The notes: generated by a model not told the origin, from the letters alone. A stretch of DNA of 32,000 nucleotides from Kiritimatiella glycovorans (GCF_001017655.1 NZ_CP010904.1:240001-272000); one strand, 5' to 3'; positions 23,030 to 32,000 are shown, counted from the first letter of the stretch. Program-made: numbers and translations.

Positions 23030-25891
23030 CTATTCGTCCGTGGCGGAGAGGTCGAACCAGCCCGGCCAGCGGAGGGGCAGGTTTTCGAAGGACCATTTCG
23101 GATCGCCCAGATCCCCGCGCAGGCGGAACTCCAGCAGTTTCGAAAGCGGCTGGCTGGCGAAACGGACCATCCGGGTCAACTGGTTTTCGCGCAGCGGTTT
23201 CATCCTGACCGTCATCCGGAACCCGTCGTCGAAGATATAGCGTCCTTCGGCCTGGAGACTGAGCAGGTCGCCTTCCAGCTCGATGCGGCCGGAATGAAGC
23301 GCGCCGTCTTCGAGGTCGAACGCCCCGCGGAGGTCGGTCTGGGACAGTGAAGAGAACGCGGGATAGAGGACGCGGATCAGCCGCGTGGCGCCGCGGAGCA
23401 CGGGCAGCTCGAGCAGGCGGCCGTCCTCGATCCTGACCCAGCCCGTGCCACTGACCGCGTCCCAGAACGGCGCACCGAGTGGTCCGCGCAGGAACACGCC
23501 GCCGTGGAGTTCGCCGAGTTCGGCGGCCCGGTGTTCCGGCGCGATGTCGTCGATCACCTCATCGAGATCCGCGCGTTCGCAGTAGATGGCGGCCGAGTAG
23601 TCGCCCGGTTGCGCTCCCAGCGCCTCGAACGTTCCCGAGCCGCGGAAATCGCCCCCGTAGTACTTCGCGCTCAGCCCGTTCACATAGACCACCGCGCCCG
23701 TCGCGCTGAAGGCGGTCGAGACGGACTCGAATCGGCCTCCCGGGGTCACCGTGGCTCCCGCGCTCGCGGTGCCTTTGATCGAAGTCCGCTCCCCGCCCGG
23801 TCTCCAGTCGAAGGTTCCCGTCGCAGCCATGCGGTACGGGGGCTCGAAGGGGATATCGCGGAACGCGGCGTAGAATTCATCCGAGATCATCCGGCAGAAG
23901 GCGTGCGGATGGGCGGTATTCGTGCCCGCGAACGTGACCAGCTTTTCAGTGAAATCGAGACCGATCCGGGCCCGGCATGCGCCGTCTCCGCGCCGGACAT
24001 CGAGAGGATCGATCTGCAGCTTTCCGGGCGAGTAATCGAAGTGGAACCGGATCAGATCGTTGGTGACCCCGCGGTAGGCCGCGTCGCGGGCCTCGAACTG
24101 CGCGGAGAGATCGAGGCCTTTTTCGCCGGTCTGCCCGCGGGCCTCCATCTGCAGGCGGTGATCGCCGCCGGGGAAATCGAAACGGGAGAGCGTGCGTGCG
24201 GTGCCGGGATCGACGAAGGCCCTCCACTGGCGCGGGTCGGAGGCGGTCGTGCACGACGCCCGCCACTGGCCGGAGGTTTCGGAAAAGCGTCCGTTCAGTG
24301 AAAAAGCGCCGCCCTCCATGCGCGTCGCGGTATGGTGGACCCGTCCCGTCGCGGCCTGGACGAGGCCCGTGCAGGAATCCAGGGTCCAGTCCGTGCCCGA
24401 GCGGCGCATTTCAGCGTCGGCATCGGCGAGGGTCACGCCGCGCCAGTGCACGCCTCCCGCGCGGAGGGTCGCGGACCAGGCGCGCGACAGGGATTCGAGC
24501 GGGGCGGGCCCCGCTTTCACCTCAAGGCGGACCGGATCATGGACGCGCACTTCCGCCTGCTCCAGCCGGCTTCGGAACCCGTCCGGCATCAGTATTTTCA
24601 GCCGTTCAAACGGCAGGCCGCTGCTTGCCCGGATCTCTGTTCGGTCGTCCTGCACGTGGCCCCGCACGAAAAGCGCCTCGTCCTCCGCATGAAAATTGAA
24701 GCGGATTCCCTGTCCCGGAAGAGACTCGAGTTCCACGCGCGGTCCCTGCCAGGCGGTATCGGCATACCGGATCGCGGGGGCGGAGAGCGAGCCCGTCCAG
24801 TCGCGGAGCAACTGGTCCGGTCGGGCGGGCCCCAGCCGCAGCTTGACGCTGACGGGTCCTTCCGGCCGGATGCCGGGAGTTTCGAGATCCGGACGGAGTC
24901 CGGCGGGCAGCAGCGCCATCCAGTACTCCGGCCTCGCCGAGCCCTTGATCTCGACACCCAGGCGGCCCGTATCGCGAAAGGTGGCCGAGGCGTTGATCCG
25001 GCCCTGATCGGTGCCGAGCACCAGGGCGGGCACATAGATATCGCGGTCCCGGTAGTGAAGGCGGACCCGCCAGGGGGAGAAATGGCGTTCCCTGATTTCC
25101 AGTGCGTCGCCCCGGAGTTCGCAGAGCACATCGGCGCTGCCGGGACGGCCGCGCTCGACGTCGAAGCTGATCTTCAGGTCCGCGCCGCCTGCGATCCTCA
25201 CCTGATCCAGGGCTCCGAGCCACTTCCCCGCCTCCATCGGCAGCGGCATTACGGGGGCGGCTCCGGCTTTCCCGGGAGGTTGAGCTTCCGGGTGCGAGAG
25301 GTTCCGGATCGTCCCTGAAAGGTGAAGAATCACATCATCGAGGCGCCCCTCCGCGTGCAGGATTCTGAGGGTGTCGCCGTCCGCCTCCACCAGGGCGCTC
25401 AGCCGCTCGACCCGCGCCTGTTCACGCATGCCGGGCGCAACCGTCTTCCCGAGTGCCGGGGGCGCGGGCGCCGTCAGCGAGCCCGATTCCGTCCGTATCC
25501 GCCACACCCGATCCATATCCTCCCGCGTCAGCGGGTCGCGGGGCCTCGTCCACCAGCACGTCAGCCAGTCTGCCCGCAGTACGCAGCGGGGTTGTTCGGC
25601 GAGCACCGCATGGACGTCTTCGATCACGAAACCTTCAAAGAAGTTCCAGTGCATCGCTCCGGCCTGCAGGCGGACTCCCTCCGGGGCGACGCGTTCGAGT
25701 ACGGCGCGCTGCACGGCGTCGGGCCAGGGGCGCGACGCCAGCCAGGCGAGCAGGATCAGGATCAGCAGCAGGGCAAGGATCCAGGGCCGGGCGCGAGGAT
25801 GCCGACGGCGGACCGAAGCGTTCGATGGGCGCGGTTCATTCACGTTCCTGCGCGCTCCGGGCGGGCGATGCCCCGTCCGCCTCCGCTGCAC
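23030..25891 (-). CDS. AsmA-family-like large envelope protein (single N-terminal TM anchor, long beta-rich periplasmic region, AsmA-type C-terminal region)
   Basis: N-terminal anchor PWILALLLILILLAWLA. The C-terminus resembles the AsmA C-terminal domain pattern: GTGWVRIEDGRLLELPVL...GAFDLEDGALHSGRIELEGDLLSLQAEGRYIFDDGFRMTVRMKP. Alternative GTG start at 25843 would overlap the upstream stop by 8 nt, versus 56 nt for ATG 25891. Confidence 0.6.
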   Translation of the reverse strand: MQRRRTGHRPPGARRNVNEPRPSNASVRRRHPRARPWILALLLILILLAWLASRPWPDAVQRAVLERVAPEGVRLQAGAMHWNFFEGFVIEDVHAVLAEQPRCVLRADWLTCWWTRPRDPLTREDMDRVWRIRTESGSLTAPAPPALGKTVAPGMREQARVERLSALVEADGDTLRILHAEGRLDDVILHLSGTIRNLSHPEAQPPGKAGAAPVMPLPMEAGKWLGALDQVRIAGGADLKISFDVERGRPGSADVLCELRGDALEIRERHFSPWRVRLHYRDRDIYVPALVLGTDQGRINASATFRDTGRLGVEIKGSARPEYWMALLPAGLRPDLETPGIRPEGPVSVKLRLGPARPDQLLRDWTGSLSAPAIRYADTAWQGPRVELESLPGQGIRFNFHAEDEALFVRGHVQDDRTEIRASSGLPFERLKILMPDGFRSRLEQAEVRVHDPVRLEVKAGPAPLESLSRAWSATLRAGGVHWRGVTLADADAEMRRSGTDWTLDSCTGLVQAATGRVHHTATRMEGGAFSLNGRFSETSGQWRASCTTASDPRQWRAFVDPGTARTLSRFDFPGGDHRLQMEARGQTGEKGLDLSAQFEARDAAYRGVTNDLIRFHFDYSPGKLQIDPLDVRRGDGACRARIGLDFTEKLVTFAGTNTAHPHAFCRMISDEFYAAFRDIPFEPPYRMAATGTFDWRPGGERTSIKGTASAGATVTPGGRFESVSTAFSATGAVVYVNGLSAKYYGGDFRGSGTFEALGAQPGDYSAAIYCERADLDEVIDDIAPEHRAAELGELHGGVFLRGPLGAPFWDAVSGTGWVRIEDGRLLELPVLRGATRLIRVLYPAFSSLSQTDLRGAFDLEDGALHSGRIELEGDLLSLQAEGRYIFDDGFRMTVRMKPLRENQLTRMVRFASQPLSKLLEFRLRGDLGDPKWSFENLPLRWPGWFDLSATDE

Positions 25892-27605
25892 CCTCCGTAG
25901 TCCGCAGGCTCCGGGTCAATGATTCCACGGCGTCGCGGGGCAGAACAAAGACCGGGTCGCGGCCCTGGAAGCGGGCGTAGTAGCCGCTTTCGATTTCCTT
26001 CCCCAGCAGCAGCACCCGTCCGAGGTCTTCCGCGCCCCGGAAGAGGAACGTGATGCGCACGGGAGGGGCGTCGAGACCGAAGCGTTCCGGTTGGCCGGGC
26101 GCGGACTGCACGTAGCGCACGGCGCGCAGCCCGTCTCCGGTTTCAATCAGTCTGCGGACCCAGTCCGGCGCATCCCCGGACTCATCCGCTTCGAAATCAT
26201 ATTCGATCGTACGGCCCGATCCGCGCAGTTCGACCCGCCGTATCTTTTCGCGCGGGAGTTCGAGCACGGTAAGTCGGCGGTAGAAAAGCGGGTCTGACGA
26301 GACGGCCGGGAGCAGCGGATCGGACACCAGGGCCGGCATCTCCGAGTCCTCCGACCGCAGGAGGTGGCCGCCATCCGGATGGGTCTCCGCCGCCACCGTA
26401 AAACGGTAGACGCGCTCATCCTGCCCGGAGAATTCGACGTGCCAGCAGGTTTCCCCGGTTTCGCCCGCCGGCCATTCTTCGGGCTGGAGGTAGCGGTCCA
26501 CCTCCGCCGAGGTCCACAGCTTCAGCAGCCGATCCACCGTGGAAGACTCAGCGGCGAACGAGGGCGGTTCGCTCACGGCCCATCCCTCCGGGTCACGGCG
26601 CCGGAGGAGGACGCGGTCACTGCCGCGCCGCAGTTCGATACGGTCGAGTTCCGCCGGGGAGGCGGGCACGAGGCGCGGATCGCGGAGTTCGCGGAGCGGG
26701 ATATCCAGCAGTTCCGCCAGGCGGTTCGAAACGGCAAAGATCGAATAATCGTCCCCGTATTTCGCGTACATCATTCCGGGCTGCTCCGGGAGCGAATCGC
26801 CCAGCACCAGCGACTCTCCCTCGTCCTCCCCGGCGCCAAGCGAGATGCGCCGAGAGGAGGCCTGCAGCCCGTATCCGGCCAGGTCTGAGACCTCGTCGGC
26901 GATGAAGGCATGGATTTTCTGTCCGTAGAGGCTGTTCAGCCAGTCTTCGACGACGTGGTCGCGCGCCGCGGAGGATACGGGCTGGCGTATACTCCAGCCG
27001 CTTTCGTGGCGGACGAGCTGCAGCGCTCCCGCGTCGCGACGGACGTCAATGCGGCGGACCCGTTCGTCGGCGAGATGAAACAGGCTGCGGTCTCTGAGCC
27101 GGGCGGCGCTCTCCGGAATCAGTTCCAGCACCCGGTCCTCGGTGCGCAGCACATAGGCTTCGCCCTGCGGACGAAGATAGACCCCCTCCGAGAGCGGCGC
27201 CGAGCGGCCCACCAGCCAGACGTGTTCGCCGCGGTTGTCGCGGACGGCGACCCGGGCGCGCGGGTTTTCGAGTCCGTACTCCTTCAGCGTGGCGGTTTCG
27301 TCGAGATCGATACGGTCGAGGACTTCGAGCGTGTGCAGCGAGGACGTAATGCGGTCCAGTTCGCTGTGATCCACCCGTGAGAGCGAGGGTCGGAGCATCT
27401 GCCACGCCCCGTGCCGCCGGGCGCACTCCAGGGTCGTATCGCCGCGCTCGAAGCGCACCGCGCTCATCGTCTCGAGCGAAAAGCGCATCGCGCGGTCGCC
27501 GGCCGCGGGAAGACGGGCCTCCCCGCCCCCGATCCCGGTCCACCAGACCAGGGCCGCCGCTCCCAGCGCGCCGGCCACCATGATCCATGTCGTCGTTCTG
27601 AGCAT
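25836..27605 (-). CDS. DUF4340-like periplasmic protein with N-terminal TM anchor and four tandem ~125-aa modules
   Basis: ATG 27605 lies 8 nt after the GldG-like stop, with GAGG overlapping that stop. TM segment WIMVAGALGAAALVWW. A repeated pattern (I/V)x(L/V)xR....W....P ... (Y/F)GL..P...(I/V) recurs four times. The family call rests mainly on the conserved position downstream of GldG-like genes. Confidence 0.55.
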   Translation of the reverse strand: MLRTTTWIMVAGALGAAALVWWTGIGGGEARLPAAGDRAMRFSLETMSAVRFERGDTTLECARRHGAWQMLRPSLSRVDHSELDRITSSLHTLEVLDRIDLDETATLKEYGLENPRARVAVRDNRGEHVWLVGRSAPLSEGVYLRPQGEAYVLRTEDRVLELIPESAARLRDRSLFHLADERVRRIDVRRDAGALQLVRHESGWSIRQPVSSAARDHVVEDWLNSLYGQKIHAFIADEVSDLAGYGLQASSRRISLGAGEDEGESLVLGDSLPEQPGMMYAKYGDDYSIFAVSNRLAELLDIPLRELRDPRLVPASPAELDRIELRRGSDRVLLRRRDPEGWAVSEPPSFAAESSTVDRLLKLWTSAEVDRYLQPEEWPAGETGETCWHVEFSGQDERVYRFTVAAETHPDGGHLLRSEDSEMPALVSDPLLPAVSSDPLFYRRLTVLELPREKIRRVELRGSGRTIEYDFEADESGDAPDWVRRLIETGDGLRAVRYVQSAPGQPERFGLDAPPVRITFLFRGAEDLGRVLLLGKEIESGYYARFQGRDPVFVLPRDAVESLTRSLRTTEGAAEADGASPARSAQERE

Positions 27606-27613
27606 TCCGGACC

Positions 27614-29083
27614 TCACACCCTCCGGCGCCAGGCTACGGCCAGACCCAGCAGCGCGGCCAGCGCGGGGCCTCCCGCCACGGCGCCCCAGAACCATACCTG
27701 GCGGGCGTGGCCGCCCATGCTGAGCCGGACCCGGCGCAGCGCACGGGGCGGGACGTCGACCGGCGTTTCACGGTCGAGCAGCCAGTGCATGGCCCCCATG
27801 AACAGATCGCGGTCGCCGCCCGTGATGGCCGCGTTGGAAATGAAATCCGCATCCCCGTAGACGACGATCCGGGTCGGCCGGATCTGGACGTCGAGCCCGC
27901 CGCCCCCGCCTTTCTCGACGGCCGCGGCCACGGGCACGGGCCCCTTGAGGTCCGGCGTGTCCGGATCGTACGAGGCGGGCGACGACTCCGGCTGCGCCTC
28001 CGCCCAGCCGTTTTTAGAACAGGTGAACAGCGGGGTGACGCGGGGGCGGTCGGGGGAGTCGAGCATCCGGGCCACGAGGGTGGGGCGGACGCTGCGCGGA
28101 CGGAAGAACAGCGCGCTGTACCCGCGGCGGGCCGCGGTCACGGGATGGTCCGCGTAGTTCGAGAGCAGGATGCCGCGCCCCTCCAGCGAACGGGAGGGGT
28201 CCATGACCACGTCGTGGCGCAGTTCGATGCCCCAGCGCTCCATCAGCGGCGCCAGCCCCGTCTCCACCAGGGCGTCGAGCAGCAGAAACATCCGGCCGCC
28301 GTCCTCGAGGTAGTCGGAGATCCGTTCGATTTCCGCGTCCGAGAGGCGGCGCGTCGGGCCGGGCACGAGCAGGACGGCGCATTCTTCCGGAACCCGGTTT
28401 TCCCTGCCGAAGGTGAGCGGGCGGAGCTTCATGTTGTCGCGCCGCATGATGCGCGCGACGGTGGAGTACCCGCTGCGGCGGTCGAAATCCCTGAAGTCCC
28501 GCTCGCCGTGGCCCTGCAGGACGCACACGACCGGTTTCTCGGTCGTCTGCAGGTGCGCCAGCGCCGAAGTGACGGCGCGCTCGCCGGTAAACGCCTTGAG
28601 CTGAGGTTCGCCCCCGCGCCGCACGCCCGAGTAGTCGTACACCGCCAGGTCTTCGCGGTCGACCACCCGGTGGCGCTCGCCGGAAGAGAGAACGACGACG
28701 CCCGAGCGGTCGATGCCGTACTTCTCCGCGATTTCCTCGGCGCGCGAGATGTCGCGTTCGGGATCGACCCACTCGACCCGCAGTTCGGGTGCGAGGGCGC
28801 GGTATTCACGCAGCAGGTTGCCCAGGTGTTCGGAGATGGGGTGGTCGCGGCTGAAAAGCACCGCGGCGTCGACGCGCCCCGTGACGGCGTGCAGGGTCTC
28901 GCGCGTACGCTCGCCGAGTTCGTAATAACGGCCGCGGCTGACGTCGGCGCGCAAGAAGAAGCGCTCCGCGAGGAGGTTGACGAACACGACCAGGAGCGCG
29001 GCCGCGCAGAGCGCGAGCGCGCGGTCGATCCGCATGCCCCGCCGTCTCTGTCTGGCGTCCGCGGTCATCAGGGCGTCCTCCAT
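27614..29083 (-). CDS. GldG-like auxiliary component of an ABC-2 type transport system
   Basis: N-terminal TM (ALALCAAALLVVFVNLL) followed by FFLRADVSRGRYYELGERTRETL, then a large periplasmic domain and a C-terminal TM (VWFWGAVAGGPALAALLGLAVAW). Alternative start ATG 29068 overlaps the permease stop by 1 nt (TGATG). Confidence 0.7.
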   Translation of the reverse strand: MEDALMTADARQRRRGMRIDRALALCAAALLVVFVNLLAERFFLRADVSRGRYYELGERTRETLHAVTGRVDAAVLFSRDHPISEHLGNLLREYRALAPELRVEWVDPERDISRAEEIAEKYGIDRSGVVVLSSGERHRVVDREDLAVYDYSGVRRGGEPQLKAFTGERAVTSALAHLQTTEKPVVCVLQGHGERDFRDFDRRSGYSTVARIMRRDNMKLRPLTFGRENRVPEECAVLLVPGPTRRLSDAEIERISDYLEDGGRMFLLLDALVETGLAPLMERWGIELRHDVVMDPSRSLEGRGILLSNYADHPVTAARRGYSALFFRPRSVRPTLVARMLDSPDRPRVTPLFTCSKNGWAEAQPESSPASYDPDTPDLKGPVPVAAAVEKGGGGGLDVQIRPTRIVVYGDADFISNAAITGGDRDLFMGAMHWLLDRETPVDVPPRALRRVRLSMGGHARQVWFWGAVAGGPALAALLGLAVAWRRRV

Positions 29084-29832
29084 TTGCGGGCTTCGAGTAT
29101 GCGGGCGGACGCGAACAGGAGCAGGGCGCTCACGCTGAGGTAGAAGATCATCGGGCGGGTATCGAGGACTCCGCGCGAGAACTCGAGCATGTGCAGGTAG
29201 GGGCAGATATACTCACCCGTACGCCGCAGCGCGGGCGCGGCGGTGCTGTAGGCCCCGAAGAGGGCGAGCAGCGAGCCGGCGGTCAGTACGCAGAAGGCGC
29301 CGATGGCCGCTGCGATCTGGCTGGCGCTGGCGGCGGAGAAGAGCAGTCCCGCCGCCAGGTAGACCGATCCCCCCAGCACGGCGCCCAGGTAGCCGACGGC
29401 GGAGGCGGCCGGATCCATGAGCTGCGCGCCCGCGACCATGTGGTCGAGCACGGCCAGGTAGGCGAACGCCGGGAGCCAGAGCAGGGCCAGGAACGCCCAC
29501 GCCCCGGCGAACTTGGCCGCCACCGCGGTCCCCTCCGAGACGGGCGCGGTCAGCAGCGTCTCCAGCGTCCCGCTGCGGCGTTCCTCCGCGAAGAGGCGCA
29601 TGGTCAGCAGGGGGGCGAGCAGCGGCATGCTGAACCAGATGAGCGGCGACCCGAAGAACCAGGGCAGGATGCGCGCCAGTTCCTCGCCGGTACTCAGCAT
29701 GGACACCAGCTTCCAGAAGCTGAGCGCCATCAGCACGAGAAACACGAACGCGGCGACCCCGGCGATCGGCGAGCGGAAGTAGCCCGCGAACTCCTTCCAC
29801 CACAGGCTGCGGAATGCCCCGACGCGGTTCAT
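29068..29832 (-). CDS. ABC-2 type transporter permease (GldF-like)
   Basis: Six hydrophobic segments and the N-terminal WWKEFAGYFRSPIAGV typical of ABC-2 permeases. ATGA overlap with the ATPase stop. Confidence 0.75.
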   Translation of the reverse strand: MNRVGAFRSLWWKEFAGYFRSPIAGVAAFVFLVLMALSFWKLVSMLSTGEELARILPWFFGSPLIWFSMPLLAPLLTMRLFAEERRSGTLETLLTAPVSEGTAVAAKFAGAWAFLALLWLPAFAYLAVLDHMVAGAQLMDPAASAVGYLGAVLGGSVYLAAGLLFSAASASQIAAAIGAFCVLTAGSLLALFGAYSTAAPALRRTGEYICPYLHMLEFSRGVLDTRPMIFYLSVSALLLFASARILEARKWRTP

Positions 29833-30788
29833 GTCACACCTCCCGCGGTCTCGCCCGCCGCGCGGCGGGTGACATCGACGAAGATCTCTTCCAGCGACAG
29901 CGGCTCGCGGTGCAGTTCGCGGAGGTCCCAGTCGCGCGCCGCCGCCATGCGGTACACCGCGAGCCGCGCCTCTTCCCCGGCCGCATGCAGTTCACAGCGG
30001 ACCCAGCCGTCCTCCCGCATCCGGACCTCGGCGGCGGTCACGTGCTCGATCGTGGCACAGGCCTCGCGCACCGCCGCGGTTTCCGCGCGCAGTTCCGCCG
30101 TGATGCGGGTGCCGGTTCCCAGGCGCCGGCGCAGATCGGCCGTCTTTTCGGACAGGAGGAGGCGTCCGGACTGCAGGATGAGCACCCGCTCGCAGACCGC
30201 TTCCGCTTCCGGGAGCAGGTGGGTGGACAGCAGAACCGTGTGGCGGGAGGCCAGACCGGAGATCAGGTGGCGCAGCTCGCGCATCTGGGCCGGATCCAGG
30301 CCCACCGAGGGTTCGTCGAGCACGAGCAGCTCCGGATCGGCGATCAGGGCGTCGGCCAGGCCCACCCGCTGGCGGTAGCCCTTGGACAGGCGTCCGATCA
30401 CGGCACGCCCGCGGTCGGCGAGTCCGCATTGGGCGCGCACTTCACCCAGGCGGCGTTTCCGGTCGCGGCGCGGCACGCCCTTGATCGCGGCGCGGAACTG
30501 AAGATATTCGTCCACGCGCATATCCGGATAGAGCGGACAGTTCTCGGGCAGGTAGCCGATGTTCCGTTTCACCTCGGCCGGGTGGACCCCGACCTCCGTG
30601 CCGCCGATTTCCACCGAGCCGGAGGTTGCCTCCAGGAATCCGGTCAGCACCCGCAGCGTGGTCGTCTTGCCCGCCCCGTTCGGGCCGAGTACCGCGACGA
30701 TCTCCCCGGCGCCGATCTCGAAGGAGAGATCGTCCACCGCGGTGACGCCGCCGGGGTAGCGCTTGACGAGGTTGGTTACGCGGATCAT
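29829..30788 (-). CDS. ABC transporter ATP-binding protein (GldA/ABC-2 type)
   Basis: Walker A GPNGAGKTT, signature LSKGYRQRV, Walker B LLVLDEPSVGLD and H-loop STHLL. The start MIRVTNLVKRY at ATG 30788 overlaps the upstream stop (ATGA). Alternative ATG at 30803. Confidence 0.9.
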   Translation of the reverse strand: MIRVTNLVKRYPGGVTAVDDLSFEIGAGEIVAVLGPNGAGKTTTLRVLTGFLEATSGSVEIGGTEVGVHPAEVKRNIGYLPENCPLYPDMRVDEYLQFRAAIKGVPRRDRKRRLGEVRAQCGLADRGRAVIGRLSKGYRQRVGLADALIADPELLVLDEPSVGLDPAQMRELRHLISGLASRHTVLLSTHLLPEAEAVCERVLILQSGRLLLSEKTADLRRRLGTGTRITAELRAETAAVREACATIEHVTAAEVRMREDGWVRCELHAAGEEARLAVYRMAAARDWDLRELHREPLSLEEIFVDVTRRAAGETAGGVT

Positions 30789-32000
30789 GTGAAGTCCAGC
30801 CATCCGATCGTGTTCAGGAATGCGATCAGCACGGCGACGGGGCTGATGAAGCGGATAAAGATGCCCCAGAGCGAGGCGAGCGTGATCACGTGGGCCGGCG
30901 AGTTGTGGGAGGGATCGTCGCGCAGTCCCGCCAGCAGGCTCATCAGGTGCACGTCGGCGAAGTTGTGCGAGCCGTGCCGGATCTCATCCACCGCATGGCG
31001 CGTACCCCAGACCCATCCCACGAACAGCGAGATGAAGAGTCCGCCCAGCGGGAGCATCCAGTTGGAGGCCATGTGGTCCATGACGTCGAAAAAGGAGGCC
31101 TCCGTGGTGCCGAACGCGGCCACGAGGAAGCGGTGGAGCGGCTCGATCCGGCTCCAGTCCGCCACGCTCACCGCGCAGAGGCTGCCCAGCAGGAAGATGA
31201 CCGCGCCGAAGACCACGACCGCGCGCCGGCGCGGCCAGCGGCGCTCGTCGACGAAGTAGGCCGTCACGACCTCGAGCAGGCTGATCCCGGAGGTCACGGC
31301 GGCGACCAGCAGGAGCAGGAAAAAGAGGAACGCCCACAACGCGCCGAGCGGGATCTGGTGGAATACGGCGGGGAGGACCTGGAACACCAGTCCCGGCCCC
31401 GTGTCCGGCGCGAATCCGCGCGCGAACACGGCGGGAAACATCGCCAGTCCCGCCATCAGCGCGACGAGCGTGTCGAGCGCCGCGATCGAGAGCGTGGAGG
31501 TGAAGATGTTCTGGTCGCGCCGCAGGTAGCTCCCGTAGGTGATGATGGCCCCCATGCCGAGGCTGAGCGAGAAGAAGGCGTGGCCGAGCGCCACGAGGAT
31601 GCTCTGCGCGTCGATCCGGCTGAAGTCGGGACTCAGGTAGAAACGGACCCCCGCCATCGCCCCGGGCAGCGTGATGCCCCGGATGATCAGCGCGAGCAGG
31701 AGCAGGAACAGGACCGGCATCAGGACCTTCGACCAGCGCTCGATGCCGGATTTGATGCCGTGGTAGACGATCAGTACGCAGATGACGATGAAGGCGAAAT
31801 GACACCCGATCGCCCAGCGGACGTCGCGGATGAACACCCCGAAGTGTTCCTGCGCCTCCGCCACGTTCGCGAAGGTGAGCTGCCCCCCGACGGCCTGAAG
31901 GACGTACCCCAGTGTCCAGCCGGCGACGACGCTGTAGAACGAGAGGATCACGAATCCGGCCAGGACGCCCATGGCGCCCACGAGGATCCAGCGATAGCGG
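30785..32000 (-). CDS. Sodium-dependent transporter, SNF/NSS family (N-terminus lies beyond the right edge)
   Basis: Polytopic membrane protein with FYSVVAGWTLGY, ITLPGA, YLSPDFS, ALGHAFFSLSLGMGAIITYGSY and LLEVV motifs typical of bacterial NSS transporters. The frame stays open to base 32000. Confidence 0.8.
   Translation of the reverse strand, partial: RYRWILVGAMGVLAGFVILSFYSVVAGWTLGYVLQAVGGQLTFANVAEAQEHFGVFIRDVRWAIGCHFAFIVICVLIVYHGIKSGIERWSKVLMPVLFLLLLALIIRGITLPGAMAGVRFYLSPDFSRIDAQSILVALGHAFFSLSLGMGAIITYGSYLRRDQNIFTSTLSIAALDTLVALMAGLAMFPAVFARGFAPDTGPGLVFQVLPAVFHQIPLGALWAFLFFLLLLVAAVTSGISLLEVVTAYFVDERRWPRRRAVVVFGAVIFLLGSLCAVSVADWSRIEPLHRFLVAAFGTTEASFFDVMDHMASNWMLPLGGLFISLFVGWVWGTRHAVDEIRHGSHNFADVHLMSLLAGLRDDPSHNSPAHVITLASLWGIFIRFISPVAVLIAFLNTIGWLDFT

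Noticed and set aside
27707-31259. Long plus-strand ORFs (27707-29143, 29191-30378, 29814-31259)
   Set aside because: They are antisense to the GldG-like, permease, ATPase and SNF genes, all of which carry canonical motifs. The compositions are Arg/Gly/Ala-rich and typical of the wrong frame in high-GC DNA.

Overview
GC-rich (roughly two-thirds G+C by eye), densely coding bacterial chromosomal segment. I see no rRNA, CRISPR array, transposase, integrase or phage genes. The gene content (Gfo/Idh/MocA + DUF1080 sugar genes, XylR-type regulator, GldG + DUF4340, AsmA-like protein, rubredoxin) resembles the PVC superphylum, but that is only an impression. Left to right: (1) a plus-strand sugar cluster with a Gfo/Idh/MocA oxidoreductase, a secreted DUF1080 protein, an atypical NRAMP-like transporter and a XylR/AraC regulator. 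(2) A minus-strand four-gene overlapping operon of M20-like protein, glucosyl-3-phosphoglycerate synthase (GT81), a GT4-like glycosyltransferase and a HAD hydrolase, which looks like a glycosyl-glycerate compatible-solute pathway. (3) Rubredoxin behind a long structured leader. (4) rplU-rpmA-obg and tRNA-Val(CAC). (5) A PTS-EIIA(Ntr)-like protein followed by a Kef-type cation/proton antiporter. (6) A ~95-bp hexamer-periodic simple-sequence tract directly upstream of the canonical yceD-rpmF-plsX-fabH-fabD-fabG-acpP-fabF cluster. (7) A photolyase diverging from galM across a 132-bp dyad-symmetric, multi-hairpin element. (8) A ~9-kb minus-strand operon of translationally coupled genes: SNF sodium symporter, ABC ATPase, ABC-2 permease, GldG-like protein, four-module DUF4340 protein and a 953-aa AsmA-like protein. 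The best candidates for something undescribed are that envelope operon, the 132-bp structured element, the hexamer/GANTC-rich tract and the compatible-solute operon with its two apparently degenerate enzymes. Many long ORFs in the six-frame track are antisense artefacts of high GC and are rejected. All family calls come from motif recognition by eye, with no database search.
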